This document shows, piece after piece, positions 63,526 to 64,000 of a DNA stretch of 64,000 nt (positions are counted from its first letter, which is position 1; each line of letters begins with the position of its first letter). Location of the stretch: NCBI GenBank assembly GCA_963789955.1, contig CAWBMV010000012.1:192001-256000 (forward strand), given 5' to 3'. The notes beneath the pieces were generated by a model. The model made no database searches and was not told where the DNA came from. It was given only the letters and a program-made list of their open reading frames with translations. Both the position numbers and the translations under genes were made by a program. Source of the stretch: an uncultured Candidatus Rokubacteria bacterium. Lineage in GTDB: Bacteria; Methylomirabilota; Methylomirabilia; Rokubacteriales; CSP1-6.

Positions 63526-64000
63526 CTAGCGGTCGAGATCGTGGGTCGCGGTGGCGAGCGGAGGGGCTTCGGCCGCGAGCACGTGCCCCGAGGGCGGCGC
63601 GGTGCGCATCGGCAGCACCATTCGTAGCAGGACCGGCAGGACGACGAGCGCGGCGATCAGGCTCGTGGCCGTGCCCAGGGTGAGGAGCAGGCCGAGGCCG
63701 AAGATGCCGCGGTGATCGGCGATCATCAAGCTGCCGAAGCCGACGATCGTCGTGAGCCCGTTGACCAGCACGGCCATCATCGTGGAGCGCGCGATCAGCG
63801 GACCGCCGTGATCGCGACCCTCCATGAAGCGCAGGACGATGTTCAGGCCGTACTCCGCCGCGGCACCGAGGATGAGCGGAAGCCCGAAGACGTTGCCCAT
63901 GTTGAACTTGAGCCCGAAGAAGTACATGAGACCGAACGCCCACATCAAGCCGAGCCCGAGCGGCAGCAGCGCCAGCACCGTCTCGCGCGTCCGGCGTAAC
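63526..64000 (-). CDS. MMPL/RND family transporter C-terminus (HpnN-like), partial
   Basis: LPLILG..EYG, LTTIVGFGSL..HRGIFGLG; starts beyond the window. Confidence 0.75.
   Translation of the reverse strand, partial: LRRTRETVLALLPLGLGLMWAFGLMYFFGLKFNMGNVFGLPLILGAAAEYGLNIVLRFMEGRDHGGPLIARSTMMAVLVNGLTTIVGFGSLMIADHRGIFGLGLLLTLGTATSLIAALVVLPVLLRMVLPMRTAPPSGHVLAAEAPPLATATHDLDR

Overview
High-GC bacterial DNA, most likely Candidatus Rokubacteria/Methylomirabilota. That assignment is an inference from expanded family-5 and ABC_sub_bind solute-binding proteins, a cyclase-AAA-TPR gene and many amidohydrolases. Single-base indels split many genes, very densely at about 11-32 kb and sporadically elsewhere, which looks like long-read consensus error rather than true decay. 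Contents in order: a hydantoinase/amidohydrolase/peptide-ABC catabolic operon; a GT4 gene beside an IS21 remnant; a chromate-resistance region (chrA divergent from chrB, with a palindromic operator); an atypical cbb3-type oxidase operon; a 1-kb gene fragment bracketed by direct-repeat hairpin doublets; an integron cassette array with up to 7 attC sites and an attI-like site but no integrase; a form I aerobic CO dehydrogenase operon (coxMSL plus XdhC-YHS); a divergent malate synthase; a molybdopterin oxidoreductase. No rRNA, tRNA or CRISPR array was seen. All calls come from reading motifs by eye; no database searches were run.
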